This document shows positions 19,103-28,522 of a stretch of 64,000 nt of DNA, one piece after another. The notes under the pieces were generated by a model, which was not told the origin of the DNA, ran no database searches, and saw only the letters and a program-made list of their open reading frames with translations. The stretch is from an uncultured Elusimicrobiaceae bacterium (GTDB lineage: Bacteria > Elusimicrobiota > Elusimicrobia > Elusimicrobiales > UBA9959), in NCBI GenBank assembly GCA_964417965.1, contig CAYQJX010000014.1, positions 50-64,049 of the forward strand, given 5' to 3'. The position numbers and the translations under genes are program-made. Position 1 is the stretch's first letter. Each line of letters begins with the position of its first letter.

Positions 19103-19603
19103 TCAGACTCTGTTCTTTTCAGAACCGCTCTGGCAGGTCATGCAGTAGCGCGCCGAGGGCAGGGCCTTGATGCGCTTTTTCTCTATGGCCTTCTTGCAGT
19201 GCTCGCAGAGGCCGTAGGACCCCTTCTCCATCTTGCGCAGGGCCGCGTCTATGTCGCGCAGCATCTTGCGCTCGTTGTCGGAGAGCTCGAAAAGGATCTC
19301 CTTGTCCAGGCTCTGGGTGGCCTGGTCTATGGAGTCGCCGACTTCGGGCTCCAGCATGTCCAGGTTCTTCTTGTCCTCTACGTTCTTGGCCAGGTCCACC
19401 TTCATCTCGTTGAGCGAGGCGGAGATCTCCGCCAGCTCCTGCTTTGACAGGGGGCCGCCCGGCTGCAGCTTCTCCGGCGCGGCTTTCTTTACCGGGGCGA
19501 GCTTGACCGCGGTTTTTTTGGCCGGGGTTTTCTTAGCCGGGGCTTTTTTAGCGGCGGGCTTTTTGGGAGAGGACTTGGGGGCTGCCTTCTTTGTTTTTTT
19601 CAT
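19103..19603 (-). CDS. DksA/TraR-family C4 zinc-finger protein with Lys/Ala/Pro-rich N-terminal tail
   Basis: C-terminal CEHC...CMTC zinc finger and a coiled-coil with an acidic tip. The first ~45 aa are AKKP/AKKT repeats. AGGAG Shine-Dalgarno upstream. Confidence 0.75.
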   Translation of the reverse strand: MKKTKKAAPKSSPKKPAAKKAPAKKTPAKKTAVKLAPVKKAAPEKLQPGGPLSKQELAEISASLNEMKVDLAKNVEDKKNLDMLEPEVGDSIDQATQSLDKEILFELSDNERKMLRDIDAALRKMEKGSYGLCEHCKKAIEKKRIKALPSARYCMTCQSGSEKNRV

Positions 19604-19612
19604 TTTAAACTC

Positions 19613-20584
19613 CTAATGCTGCGAAGTGCTGAAAAACATCGGGCGCGCCTCGGTGATCACGGCGCGCGAGGCCTTTATCCTGTCGCGGTAGTACTTCGGC
19701 AGGCAGAAGGCCCCGGTTATGGTCTCCCCGTCGGAATAGACAAGCCGGCGCTTCAGCCTGGCGGCCGCCGCCCTGTCCAGCGCCGCCGCCGAGAGCCGCT
19801 GCGGCGCCAGGCGGGTGTCGTCGGTGCAGTACAGGAAGGTCCACGGCATGTCGTACGAGGGGATGAAAGCGGTATAGCTGCCCACGCAGCGGAACGCCCT
19901 GGCCAGCGTGTTGACCAGCGCGGGGTGCAGGTCGAACTGCAGCGGCGTGCCGGGGCCGGCCTGCACGGTGAATACGGCGCCGGGGGCCAGCACGCGCTTG
20001 AGGCGGCGGTAGAATTCCAGGGTGTAGAGCTGCACCGCCGGGCCGCCCTCTATGGGGCTGGGCAGGTCGGAATAGACCAGGTCGAATTTAAGAGAGGTGC
20101 GCTCCACGTATTTCTTCGCGTCCTGGGCCAGCAGGCGCAGGCGCGGGTCGGCAAATGCGCCCTTGTGCCAGGACCCGAGGTGCTTTTTAGCGAAGCGCAG
20201 GATGTTGTAGTCGATGTCGGCCATCACGACGCGCTCCATGCCGCGGTCGTTGAGGAGCTCCCTGGCGGTGGCGCCTTCCCCCCCGCCGAGGATCAGCGCG
20301 TTCCTGGGGGCGCGGTGGGCCAGCAGGGCGGGGGCCACCAGGGATTCGTGGTAGAAGGCCTCGTCGTACTGGCTGGACTGGGTCTCGCCGTCTATTACCA
20401 GCACTTTGCCGAAAGTATGGGTCTGTATCAGCGCGGCTTCCTGGAAGGCCGTGGCCGAGGTCTCCAGCACCTTCTCCGAGCGGTGGGCGTGCAGCTCCCC
20501 GGGCGTGAAGAACTCCACGAACCAGTCTCCCCCCGGCAGCACGCTGCGCGAGTTCTTTATCCAGTCGAAGACGGGCTTTTTCAT
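19613..20584 (-). CDS. speE: Spermidine synthase-like polyamine aminopropyltransferase
   Basis: LVIDGETQSS, ILGGGEGATAREL and a D..DLP motif. 4-nt overlap with the AdoMet decarboxylase gene. Confidence 0.8.
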   Translation of the reverse strand: MKKPVFDWIKNSRSVLPGGDWFVEFFTPGELHAHRSEKVLETSATAFQEAALIQTHTFGKVLVIDGETQSSQYDEAFYHESLVAPALLAHRAPRNALILGGGEGATARELLNDRGMERVVMADIDYNILRFAKKHLGSWHKGAFADPRLRLLAQDAKKYVERTSLKFDLVYSDLPSPIEGGPAVQLYTLEFYRRLKRVLAPGAVFTVQAGPGTPLQFDLHPALVNTLARAFRCVGSYTAFIPSYDMPWTFLYCTDDTRLAPQRLSAAALDRAAAARLKRRLVYSDGETITGAFCLPKYYRDRIKASRAVITEARPMFFSTSQH

Positions 20585-20934
20585 TTGGGCAGCAGCCCCC
20601 GCTCCATCTTCATCACGCTGAAATGCGTCGCCTTGAAAAGCTTTTTAACGGCCTTGAAGGCCTCCCACGGCCGGGTCTTGTCCCCGCAGGTGTAGAGGTC
20701 CACCGAGGCGTAGCGGTGCTCGGGCCAGGTGTGGATGGCGAAATGCGATTCGGCTATCACCACCACCCCCGAAACCCCATGGGGCTTGAAGAGGTGGAAG
20801 ATGGAGTCGATGATGGTGGCGTCGGCGGCGCGCGCGGCCTTGAGCATGGCGTCCTGCACGCCGGAGACCGACGAGAGGGTTTTGGAACTGCAGCCGTAAA
20901 GCTCCAGTATTAAGTGTTGTCCGAGCGCTTTCAT
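20581..20934 (-). CDS. speH: S-adenosylmethionine decarboxylase proenzyme (small, SpeH type)
   Basis: The MKALGQHLILELYGC N-terminus and AESHFAIHTWPE self-cleavage motif. ATG at 20934 is preferred over 20955 because a promoter-like box abuts 20955. Confidence 0.8.
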   Translation of the reverse strand: MKALGQHLILELYGCSSKTLSSVSGVQDAMLKAARAADATIIDSIFHLFKPHGVSGVVVIAESHFAIHTWPEHRYASVDLYTCGDKTRPWEAFKAVKKLFKATHFSVMKMERGLLPK

Positions 20935-20955
20935 TGTGTTTTTCCGATTTATCAA

Positions 20956-20982
20956 TTTATATTATTTACCCCCCCCTGTCAA
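20956..20982 (-). promoter_or_regulatory. Candidate promoter TTGACA-N15-TATAAA upstream of speH
   Basis: The sense strand reads cggTTGACAggggggggtaaataaTATAAAttg. The spacer is shorter than optimal. Confidence 0.3.
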
Positions 20983-21018
20983 CCGCGTAAAAACAGGGGG
21001 TCGGCCCTCCCGGCGCCT

Positions 21019-21056
21019 GAAAAAGAAAGAGCCGGGCTCGAGACCCGGCTCTTTCT
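21019..21056 (-). terminator. Rho-independent terminator after the PorV-like gene
   Basis: 13-bp stem: agaaagagccggg (21024-21036) pairs with cccggctctttct (21044-21056). A T-run follows on the minus strand. Confidence 0.7.
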
Positions 21057-21071
21057 TCGGGCTGGCGGGAC

Positions 21072-22112
21072 CTACTTGAAGGAGATGCCCTTCATCTTGG
21101 TGAAGATCGTGCGGTCCCTGCGCTGGAAGATCGGGCTGCGGAAAGGGAAGTCGAACGTCAGCGAGATGCGGTGCGTGGTGCCCAGTTCGCCCATCGGCAC
21201 AAAAGCGTAGTCCAGGCTGAAGAAGTGCAGCGTCGCGCCCAGGCCCATGGAGAAGCCCGTCAGGCCGTCGCGCATCTGCTGCGCGTTCAGGCCGCCGCGC
21301 ACGCACAGGCGGGTGAGCTCGTTGGGGGCGGTGGCCAGCTCCGCGCCGAACAGCACGTTAGGCCGGTTGCTCTTGGGGAACACCACGTCGGCCGCCACCA
21401 GCATGTTCCGGAAAGGGTTTATCGCGCCGCCGAGCTTGAGGGTCAGCGGCAGCGGGTTGGACTCCTCGGCGTACTTCAGGCCGCCGCCCATATTGGTGGC
21501 CGTGACGGCCAGGCGGTAGGGGATGTCGCCGAAGTTGTAGGTCATGATGCCGATGTCGCCGGCGTAGGCCTTGGCCGACTCCACGATGGTGGACCGGATG
21601 TACTTGGCGGAGACGCCGATGGACACGTCTATGTCCTTGTCCGAGAACTCCAGCACGGCCTTGCTGTAGGAGAGCGTAAAGACCTGGTCGCGCGGGGTGA
21701 AGGCGCCCAGGGTGTTGCCAGAGACGTCGGTGCGGTCTATGGAGCCGATATCCGTCATCAGGATGGAGGCGGCCAGCACCGAGTCGTAATTCAGGCGGTG
21801 CGCGTAGGCGGCGTACTGGTAGCTGATGTCCTCCACGTACTGCGCGCGCATGAACACGGCTGAAAGCTTGGGGATCTGCACCAGGCCGGCGGGGTTCCAG
21901 TAGATGGCGGAGGCCTCTTCCGCGACGGCGGAATAGGCGCCGCCCATGGCCGCGGCGCGCGCGCCGACGGGCAGGTTAAGGAAGTCGGCCGTGGTGGTGC
22001 CGGCCGCCGTCTTGGCGAAATACCGGGGGTCGTCCACCGCCCGGGCGGGCAGGGCCGCGGCCAGCAGCAGGGCCGAAGTCAGAGCGAGATGTATGGCGGT
22101 GTGGTTCTTCAT
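21072..22112 (-). CDS. PorV/PorQ-like outer-membrane beta-barrel protein
   Basis: Signal peptide, then FLNLPVGARAAAMGGAYSAVAEEASAIYWNPAGL, which resembles the conserved N-terminal PorV motif. Alternating beta-strand pattern and a C-terminal aromatic residue (ISFK). Starts 2 nt after the giant gene stop. Confidence 0.5.
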   Translation of the reverse strand: MKNHTAIHLALTSALLLAAALPARAVDDPRYFAKTAAGTTTADFLNLPVGARAAAMGGAYSAVAEEASAIYWNPAGLVQIPKLSAVFMRAQYVEDISYQYAAYAHRLNYDSVLAASILMTDIGSIDRTDVSGNTLGAFTPRDQVFTLSYSKAVLEFSDKDIDVSIGVSAKYIRSTIVESAKAYAGDIGIMTYNFGDIPYRLAVTATNMGGGLKYAEESNPLPLTLKLGGAINPFRNMLVAADVVFPKSNRPNVLFGAELATAPNELTRLCVRGGLNAQQMRDGLTGFSMGLGATLHFFSLDYAFVPMGELGTTHRISLTFDFPFRSPIFQRRDRTIFTKMKGISFK

Positions 22113-22113
22113 A

Positions 22114-25100
22114 TCATCTCTCCACCGCCAGCTTCAACACTTTCTTGCCTGCGCTGGAATCTATGACCGCCAGGTAAATGCCGCTGGCGACGAGCTCGCC
22201 CGACTTGTTTACGCCCTTCCAGATGATGATGCCGGTGGTGCCGGCCGTGCCGTCCCAGACCTTCTCGCCGGAGAGGGTGTAGATGCGCACCTTGGCCAGG
22301 GCCGGGATGTTGGCGATGGTTACAAAGCCGTTGCCCCTGTTGGTGTAGAAGGGGTTTGGATACACCAGCACGTCGGCCAGGCTGGTGGAGGCGTTGCGGA
22401 TGATGAGCTGGAAGAGGCTGAAGTGGTTGAGCGTGGCGGTGATGGAGCGCGGGCCCGTATCGATGGTGGTCTCGAGCGGCAGGCACTGCCCGGACACCGG
22501 GTTGTAGCGGGCCATCACCATGCGGGTGCGGTTGTTGGCTATGGCCGCGGCCGATTCCGCGGCGTTATAGTAGAGCGTCAGGTTCACGGGGGTCTGCGGC
22601 TGCGCGCCGTCCTGCGAGTAGATGGAGACCGCTATTGGGTTGGCCCCCACCAGGTACGAGCAGGGATTGAGGTTGGAAGAAGAGATGGCTATGGCCGTGG
22701 CCGACGGGAAGGCGCCGGCCGGGATGTACATGGACACGGCCCTGCCGTCGGGCAGGGTACCGGAGATGGTGGTGGCTACCGTGGGATCGCTGGTGCCGCC
22801 GACCGAGCCGGACGGGGCGCTCTGGGGGCCGGCCAGGGTGAAGGCCGCGGGCACGGCCTGTATGCGGGCCGTCACCTTGCCGTCGCCGTTGCGCGCGGCC
22901 ACGTCGAAGTAGTAGGTGGTGCCGGTCAGCAGGCCGGTAAGCTGCACGTAATTCTGCGTGTAGAGGGCCGCGAACGGCACATAGGTGGTGACGGAGAGCG
23001 TGAAGTTCTCGGTAGTGCCGCGCACCTCGTAGATGGTGGTGGAGGAGTTGTCGGCCGTCTCCCAGCCCAGGGTAACGCCGGACATGGTGGTGGCCACCGG
23101 GACCACCGCCAGCGGGGCGCGGGCCAGCGTGTACTTGGAGCCGAGGTTCAGCGGGGTGCCTTCGGCGCCGGCGCCGTTAAGGGCGGTGATCTGCACGAAA
23201 TAGCGCTCGTTGGGCAGCAGCCCCGAGAAATTCATCGAGTCGCCGGTGGTAGTGAAAGAGGAGTACGCCACAAAGCCGCTGTGCGTGGACAGCAGCAGTT
23301 TGTAGTTGGTCCCATCCGGGTTGCCGTTGGTTATCCAGTAGGCGGTAAAACTGCCGGTACTGACGTTGGTGAATACGTTGGGGGTGGCCGGCAGCGGCTG
23401 CACCGTAAGTGAATAGATGGAGCGGGAAACGGCCACCGGGCCCCTTACCGTGCCCAGCCCGGTGAGGTCCTTGGCCGCGTTTACGGTTACGGTGTGGCTG
23501 GTGTTGGCCAGCAGCCCCTGCTGCATGTAGTAATTGTAGGTGGTACTGCCGACATACACCACGTTCTGCGTGCCGCCGGTCACGTCGAAAACCTCGTAGT
23601 AGATGCCGGAGCCGTCCACCTGGTCCCAGGACCAGCTGATGGCGGAGCTGCTGACGGCCGTGCCGGTGAGGTTGGTCACGCCGCCCACCGTCACGGTGGA
23701 GGTGGCGTTGCTGTTGAACGGCGTCTCTATGCCGGCGCCGTTGCGCGCCCTGACGCGGAAGAAGTAGAGCTGGTTGGCCGAGAGCTGGTAGATGGTGGTG
23801 AAGGTGCTGGTGTAGTTAACGCTGAAAGGCACCGGCGTGGAGATGGCCAGCGGGTCCGCGAAGTTGTCCGGGGACATGGACAGCTCGTAGGTGGTGGCCG
23901 GGGTGTTGTCGTTGGGCTCCCAGGACAGGGAAACCCGCTCGAAACTGGCCGAGGTGACGGTAAGGGTGCTGGGCGTGGCCGCGAGGGTATAATAGGTGGC
24001 CGACCGGGTGAGCGGTCCGTAGCCGCCCAGATTATAGGCCGAGATCATGATGGAGGCCTGGGTGTTGGGCCTCAGGCTGGTCTGAGTGAACTCAGCCGGG
24101 GAGACGAAGGCGACGGTGGTGATGAAGATGCTGCTGCTGGCCGAGTACACGGAGTAGCCCAATGCGCCGGTTATGTCCACGTTGCTCCAGCTCCAGGTTA
24201 TGGAACTGGTGCCGAGGATGTTCGCCGCGGGCACCGTGGTGGTGCCGGTGGGGCGCGGCACGGTTACCTGCACCGTGTGGCCGGGCGAGAACTGGCCGTT
24301 GGCGGCCACGCGCACGTGGTACCAGCCGTGGGGCAGGGCGCCTATTTCCGAAGGCGCGGTGATGGTGATGGAGGAAAGCGTGCTTTCCCAGGTGCCGGTG
24401 CTGTAGATGCCGCCGTAATGCTGGTAGATGCGGGTGGAGAGGTCAACCATGAAGCCGCTGGCGTTGTCTATCTGCTGCATGTAGACCCGGGGATTGGAAT
24501 GCGAGGAGTTCATGGGGCCGGCGCTGCCGCCGGAGGCCTCGCTGATGCCGTGGAAATTTGTAGTGTCGCTCTGCAGCGTCAGTTTGTCCCCCCGGTCGAA
24601 GAACACCGTGCCGGTGGAGACGGCGGGGTTGCGCCTGGTCTCCGCCTCAAGGCCTTCAGCGTCGGGCGAGTAGGAGAAATAGGCCAGGTCGGTGGTGTCG
24701 AGGTACTTGGAGCCGTCCCAGCCGCCTATGTTTATGATGTAGTTGTCCCGCGTGATCAGGGAGGTGTGGTGGCTGCGGGCTTCGGTGCCGCCCTGGTCCG
24801 TGAAGCTCATGAAATCGGGGTCGAAACTTTCGGAGCGGCTCTGGGCGCCGCCGGCGGTTTCGCCGCCGGTGACCATTACCTTGCCGTTAGGCAGCAGCAC
24901 GGCCCTGTGGCTGGCGCGGTTGTAGGTGAGCAGTATCGGAGCGGCCGCGGCGGTCTGCGTATAGGTCCAGGAGGCGCCGTTGTAGATCTCGCCTGTGAGC
25001 TGGGCTACCTCGTTGTTGGAGCCGCCTATGGCCAGCACGCGCCCGTCCTTGAGCAGGGTGGCGGAGTGGCTGTAGCGGGCGGTGTTCAGATTGGGGCCGG

Positions 25101-27927
25101 CCGCAAAAGACCTGCCCGTGTAACTGTAGACCTCGCTCTCGCGCACGGCGCCGTAGCCGTTAACGCCGCCCGTCATCAGCACGTTGCCGTTCTTGAGCAG
25201 GGTGGCCGTATGCTGGGCCCGCGGTTCGGTCATCCTGTAAGGGGCGGTGTTCCAGTTGGGGTGGCGCTCCCAATAGGAGGTGGAAGTTATAAATACTTCG
25301 GTGGTGGCGGAGAAGGTGCTCTGCGTGGCGCCGCCGGCCACCAGCACGTTGCCGTCGGGCATAAGGGTGGCGGTGTGGTACTGGCGCGTCTCGTACATGG
25401 GCGTGGTCAGCACCCAGCTCCTGGAAGCAGGATAATAGATCTCGGCCGTGTTGACGGCCGAGCTGGACGGGGTGACGCCGCCGGCCACCAGCACGTTGCC
25501 GTTGGGCAGCAGGGTGGCGGTGTGGCGGGTCCTGGCGAAATTCATGCTGGCGGCGGGGGTCCAGGTCCGGGTTTCGGGGTCCATCAGCTCGCAGGTGGCC
25601 AGCGGCCTGACGCCGTCGGAGCCGCCGCAGGTGAGGATCCGGCCGTCGAACAGCATGGTGCTGGTATGGAAGGCGCGCTTGGAACTCAGCTTGCCGCCTT
25701 TGGCCCAGTCGGTGCTGCCGTCGCCGGTGCCCTTGTAGACAGGGATAAAGATGGTGCCGACGTCGGTGGCGGAGAAGGTCCTGGTGAGGCAGGGGGCGGA
25801 CGGGATGTCGGGGTCCAGCACGCCGTCTTCGCAGTTGCGGCCGCCGATTATAACGCTGTCGGCGGCGGGGGTGAGGAGCGCCGTATGGTTGTAGACCGGT
25901 GTGGCGAGGGTGGGAGAGACGTCGATATTGTTGAGGGGCTTCCAGGTATTGGCGTTGGGGGTAAAGCCCAGCGCGCTGGAGAAGATCATTTCCCGGACTA
26001 CCGCGTCCGCACGGCTGAAATTTATAGCGGGCTGGGAAGCGCCGGTGAAAATCTGGTTGGCGGTATAGGTAAGCCGCAGGGTGACGCTCAACAGGCCGGT
26101 GTTAAGGGGGAGGTTGGCGCCATTAGCCTGGATCGTAACCGTTTCGCTGAGGTTGCTTATCTCTCCGGTAATGCTGGGAATGGCCACCGAGACCTGGAAA
26201 ACGCAGGTGGAATCGCCGCAGGCGCCGGTCGGGTTGTCCACTGAAATGGCGACGTTCCCGGCCCCGGCTATGGTGATGCCGTAGTTGCCCGCGGGGTCGG
26301 TTATGGTGCCGCTCAGTATGTCGGCCGTGCCCCTGATGCCGCGGTAGATCTTGGGCAGGGTGAGGGCTATGGTGCCGGTTAAAGACCCGGTAATGTCCTG
26401 GGGAGAGTTAGGGGTTATGGAAGTTGTCGGGTTTACCGCGATGAAGGTCAGTCCCCAGGCCGAGACTGTAAGGGCCGGGTTGGAACTGCCGTCCGAGCTC
26501 AGATTGGCCGGTTCGAAAACAGCGGTGCCGGTAGGGGCCGTCAGTCTGACTATACTGTCGAAATCTCCGGGCGCATGCTTGTCGTCTATCAGCGTGCCAA
26601 CGGGGTAGCCGTCCAGCGTGGCCGTGCTGTGGTTGGGCAGGAAGATATTGACGTTCTCTATGGCGATGGCCGGCTCTACCAGCGGTTCCGTAGTTCGGGC
26701 AAAATAGGCGTCGGCGTCTACCAGGCGGCCGGAAACGTCCCTGGCGAACTTGAACTCCAGCGGGAACCTGATGTTGGAATTGACGGGGTCCAGGTCCGCG
26801 GTGCCGGGGGTGGCGGAAGGAACGGTGACGATGACTACGGCCGGGTCGTCGTCCAGGTTGGGGCTGGCCTCGAATACCGTGCGCACTATGCCGCCGTAGC
26901 CGCCGTGCATGCCCCAGCCGCCGTCGGGCAGCAGCAGGGAGGAGTGTTTGTGCACCCGGTAGGGGGCCGTGCCAAAGGTGTTTTCGCCGAGCACCATGCG
27001 GCCGCCGTTCTGGTCAAAGAGCTCGGCGCCGTCCAGGTAGCCGTGGCTGCCCATGTCCTGATGGTTCCGGTCGTAGCCCCAGGCTTCCTCATCGGCGGGG
27101 GTCCAGCATTCCTCCCCCTCGTCGTTGACGCATTTGTAGGTGTTGGTGGAATTGTAGCCGCCGGCTATCATGATGATGCCGTTGTTGAGCACCGTGGCGG
27201 AATGGTCTATCCTGCCCTGCAGCAGGGCGTCCTTGGGGGACCAGGAAGAGAGCAGCACGTCGTACATCTCGTTCATCGGCTCGTAGATCCAGGCGGTGTT
27301 GGCCGCGTTGCGGCGGCGGCCGCCGGTGACGAAGACGTTGCCGGACCTGAGCAGCAGGGCGGAATGGCCCATGCGCGCGCTCACCATGGAGACGGCGTCG
27401 GCCACGGTATTGTTGACCGGGTCAAAAAGATCGCAGGTCTCGGTGATCGTTTCGGGGTTGGCGACGCTGGTCTGGCCGCCGCAGAGCAGCACTTTGCCGT
27501 TGTTGTTGCCCTTGGACAGCAGGGTGGCGGTATGTCCCCCCCTGGCCGGGGAAAGGACAGGCATGCCTGCATTGGTGCAGGTCCTGGCTATCGGGTTGCA
27601 GACCTCGATGCTGGTAAGCGGGGTGCCGGCGTTGAAGCCGCCGGCTATCAGTATGCGGCCGTCGGACATCAGCGTGGCGGTATGGGAGGACCTGGCCTGG
27701 GCCAGCGTGCCGGCCCAGTTGTCGACGGTGTTGGTCACCATGTTGTACATCTGGGCGCTGTTGGTGGGCGTATTGCCGACGCCGGTAACGCCGCCTGTTA
27801 TCAGTATATTCCCGTCGGGCAGCAGGGTTGTTGCGTGGCTGTGACGCCCCAGCATAACGGCGCCGGCGTCAGGCAATAAAACTGCCAACGCCAGCAGGGA
27901 TAAGGAAAGGACTTTTCTAAAATTCAT
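22114..27927 (-). CDS. Giant secreted Kelch-repeat / fibronectin-III surface protein with T9SS-type C-terminal domain
   Basis: 1937 aa from the ATG at 27927 (a TTG at 27951 is also possible). Signal peptide, ~14 Kelch-like units (R..HTATLLP(D/N)G.VL..GG) in two blocks, about six FN3-like modules, and a terminal ~85 aa (VYPNPF...VRIYTLSGEKV...SGIYLAV...KLAVER) resembling a Por secretion tail. Confidence 0.85.
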   Translation of the reverse strand: MNFRKVLSLSLLALAVLLPDAGAVMLGRHSHATTLLPDGNILITGGVTGVGNTPTNSAQMYNMVTNTVDNWAGTLAQARSSHTATLMSDGRILIAGGFNAGTPLTSIEVCNPIARTCTNAGMPVLSPARGGHTATLLSKGNNNGKVLLCGGQTSVANPETITETCDLFDPVNNTVADAVSMVSARMGHSALLLRSGNVFVTGGRRRNAANTAWIYEPMNEMYDVLLSSWSPKDALLQGRIDHSATVLNNGIIMIAGGYNSTNTYKCVNDEGEECWTPADEEAWGYDRNHQDMGSHGYLDGAELFDQNGGRMVLGENTFGTAPYRVHKHSSLLLPDGGWGMHGGYGGIVRTVFEASPNLDDDPAVVIVTVPSATPGTADLDPVNSNIRFPLEFKFARDVSGRLVDADAYFARTTEPLVEPAIAIENVNIFLPNHSTATLDGYPVGTLIDDKHAPGDFDSIVRLTAPTGTAVFEPANLSSDGSSNPALTVSAWGLTFIAVNPTTSITPNSPQDITGSLTGTIALTLPKIYRGIRGTADILSGTITDPAGNYGITIAGAGNVAISVDNPTGACGDSTCVFQVSVAIPSITGEISNLSETVTIQANGANLPLNTGLLSVTLRLTYTANQIFTGASQPAINFSRADAVVREMIFSSALGFTPNANTWKPLNNIDVSPTLATPVYNHTALLTPAADSVIIGGRNCEDGVLDPDIPSAPCLTRTFSATDVGTIFIPVYKGTGDGSTDWAKGGKLSSKRAFHTSTMLFDGRILTCGGSDGVRPLATCELMDPETRTWTPAASMNFARTRHTATLLPNGNVLVAGGVTPSSSAVNTAEIYYPASRSWVLTTPMYETRQYHTATLMPDGNVLVAGGATQSTFSATTEVFITSTSYWERHPNWNTAPYRMTEPRAQHTATLLKNGNVLMTGGVNGYGAVRESEVYSYTGRSFAAGPNLNTARYSHSATLLKDGRVLAIGGSNNEVAQLTGEIYNGASWTYTQTAAAAPILLTYNRASHRAVLLPNGKVMVTGGETAGGAQSRSESFDPDFMSFTDQGGTEARSHHTSLITRDNYIINIGGWDGSKYLDTTDLAYFSYSPDAEGLEAETRRNPAVSTGTVFFDRGDKLTLQSDTTNFHGISEASGGSAGPMNSSHSNPRVYMQQIDNASGFMVDLSTRIYQHYGGIYSTGTWESTLSSITITAPSEIGALPHGWYHVRVAANGQFSPGHTVQVTVPRPTGTTTVPAANILGTSSITWSWSNVDITGALGYSVYSASSSIFITTVAFVSPAEFTQTSLRPNTQASIMISAYNLGGYGPLTRSATYYTLAATPSTLTVTSASFERVSLSWEPNDNTPATTYELSMSPDNFADPLAISTPVPFSVNYTSTFTTIYQLSANQLYFFRVRARNGAGIETPFNSNATSTVTVGGVTNLTGTAVSSSAISWSWDQVDGSGIYYEVFDVTGGTQNVVYVGSTTYNYYMQQGLLANTSHTVTVNAAKDLTGLGTVRGPVAVSRSIYSLTVQPLPATPNVFTNVSTGSFTAYWITNGNPDGTNYKLLLSTHSGFVAYSSFTTTGDSMNFSGLLPNERYFVQITALNGAGAEGTPLNLGSKYTLARAPLAVVPVATTMSGVTLGWETADNSSTTIYEVRGTTENFTLSVTTYVPFAALYTQNYVQLTGLLTGTTYYFDVAARNGDGKVTARIQAVPAAFTLAGPQSAPSGSVGGTSDPTVATTISGTLPDGRAVSMYIPAGAFPSATAIAISSSNLNPCSYLVGANPIAVSIYSQDGAQPQTPVNLTLYYNAAESAAAIANNRTRMVMARYNPVSGQCLPLETTIDTGPRSITATLNHFSLFQLIIRNASTSLADVLVYPNPFYTNRGNGFVTIANIPALAKVRIYTLSGEKVWDGTAGTTGIIIWKGVNKSGELVASGIYLAVIDSSAGKKVLKLAVER

Positions 27928-27991
27928 AATCGCCCGGGTATAGTCTACCAAACGCCTGTTACAGGATTGTTAACAAAAGTTTAAGTGTTAC

Positions 27992-28483
27992 CTAGTTTAC
28001 ATCCACCAGCGAGTCGCCGGTAGGGGCTTTGGGCTTGCCGGGGGCCAACTTCTTGTTGCCGTCCACCGTGAAGTGGTAGGGATAGGTGCCGGGCAGGATA
28101 TAGATCTCGGCCTTCCAGACCCCGTTCTTCTTGGCCATCTTGACGTTCTTCCAGGAGGTGAAGCTGCCGGCTATGGAGACCGACTTGGCCTTGGCGTCCT
28201 TGTATTCGAAAACGGTCTTTAAGGCGTGCGCCTTTTCGGCGGCAGGGGTCTGGGCGGGGTTCTGGTCCGCGGCCTTCTCTTCGGAGACCTTGGCCTCTTC
28301 TTTGGCCGCGGGGGTTGTCTCTTCCTCGTCCTCCTGCGAGACGGGCAGGGGCACGGGGCGCACTTCTATGGTGTCGCCGGAGAAGTGCAGCGAGACGCGT
28401 TCGTAAATGGCGTAGCCGGCGTAGGACATTACGGCCAGGCAGACTACCGCCGCCGCCGCCCAGAAAGTCTTGGATTTTGTCAT
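27992..28483 (-). CDS. Membrane-anchored protein with CBM48/AMPK-beta-like glycogen-binding domain
   Basis: N-terminal TM helix, an acidic linker, then VFEYKDAKAKSVSIAGSFTSW...WKAEIYILPGTYPYHFTVDG, matching the E-set/CBM48 pattern. Confidence 0.55.
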   Translation of the reverse strand: MTKSKTFWAAAAVVCLAVMSYAGYAIYERVSLHFSGDTIEVRPVPLPVSQEDEEETTPAAKEEAKVSEEKAADQNPAQTPAAEKAHALKTVFEYKDAKAKSVSIAGSFTSWKNVKMAKKNGVWKAEIYILPGTYPYHFTVDGNKKLAPGKPKAPTGDSLVDVN

Positions 28484-28522
28484 GTTTTAATGAAAGGTGT
28501 GTCGATACTATTCTTGATCTAA

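Noticed and set aside
23494-26244. 916-aa plus-strand ORF (and 26575..27879) opposite the giant Kelch/FN3 gene
   Set aside because: Antisense shadow ORFs. The minus-strand frame shows regular Kelch and FN3 repeats, whereas the plus-strand product is Gly/Ala/Arg/Val-rich without structure.
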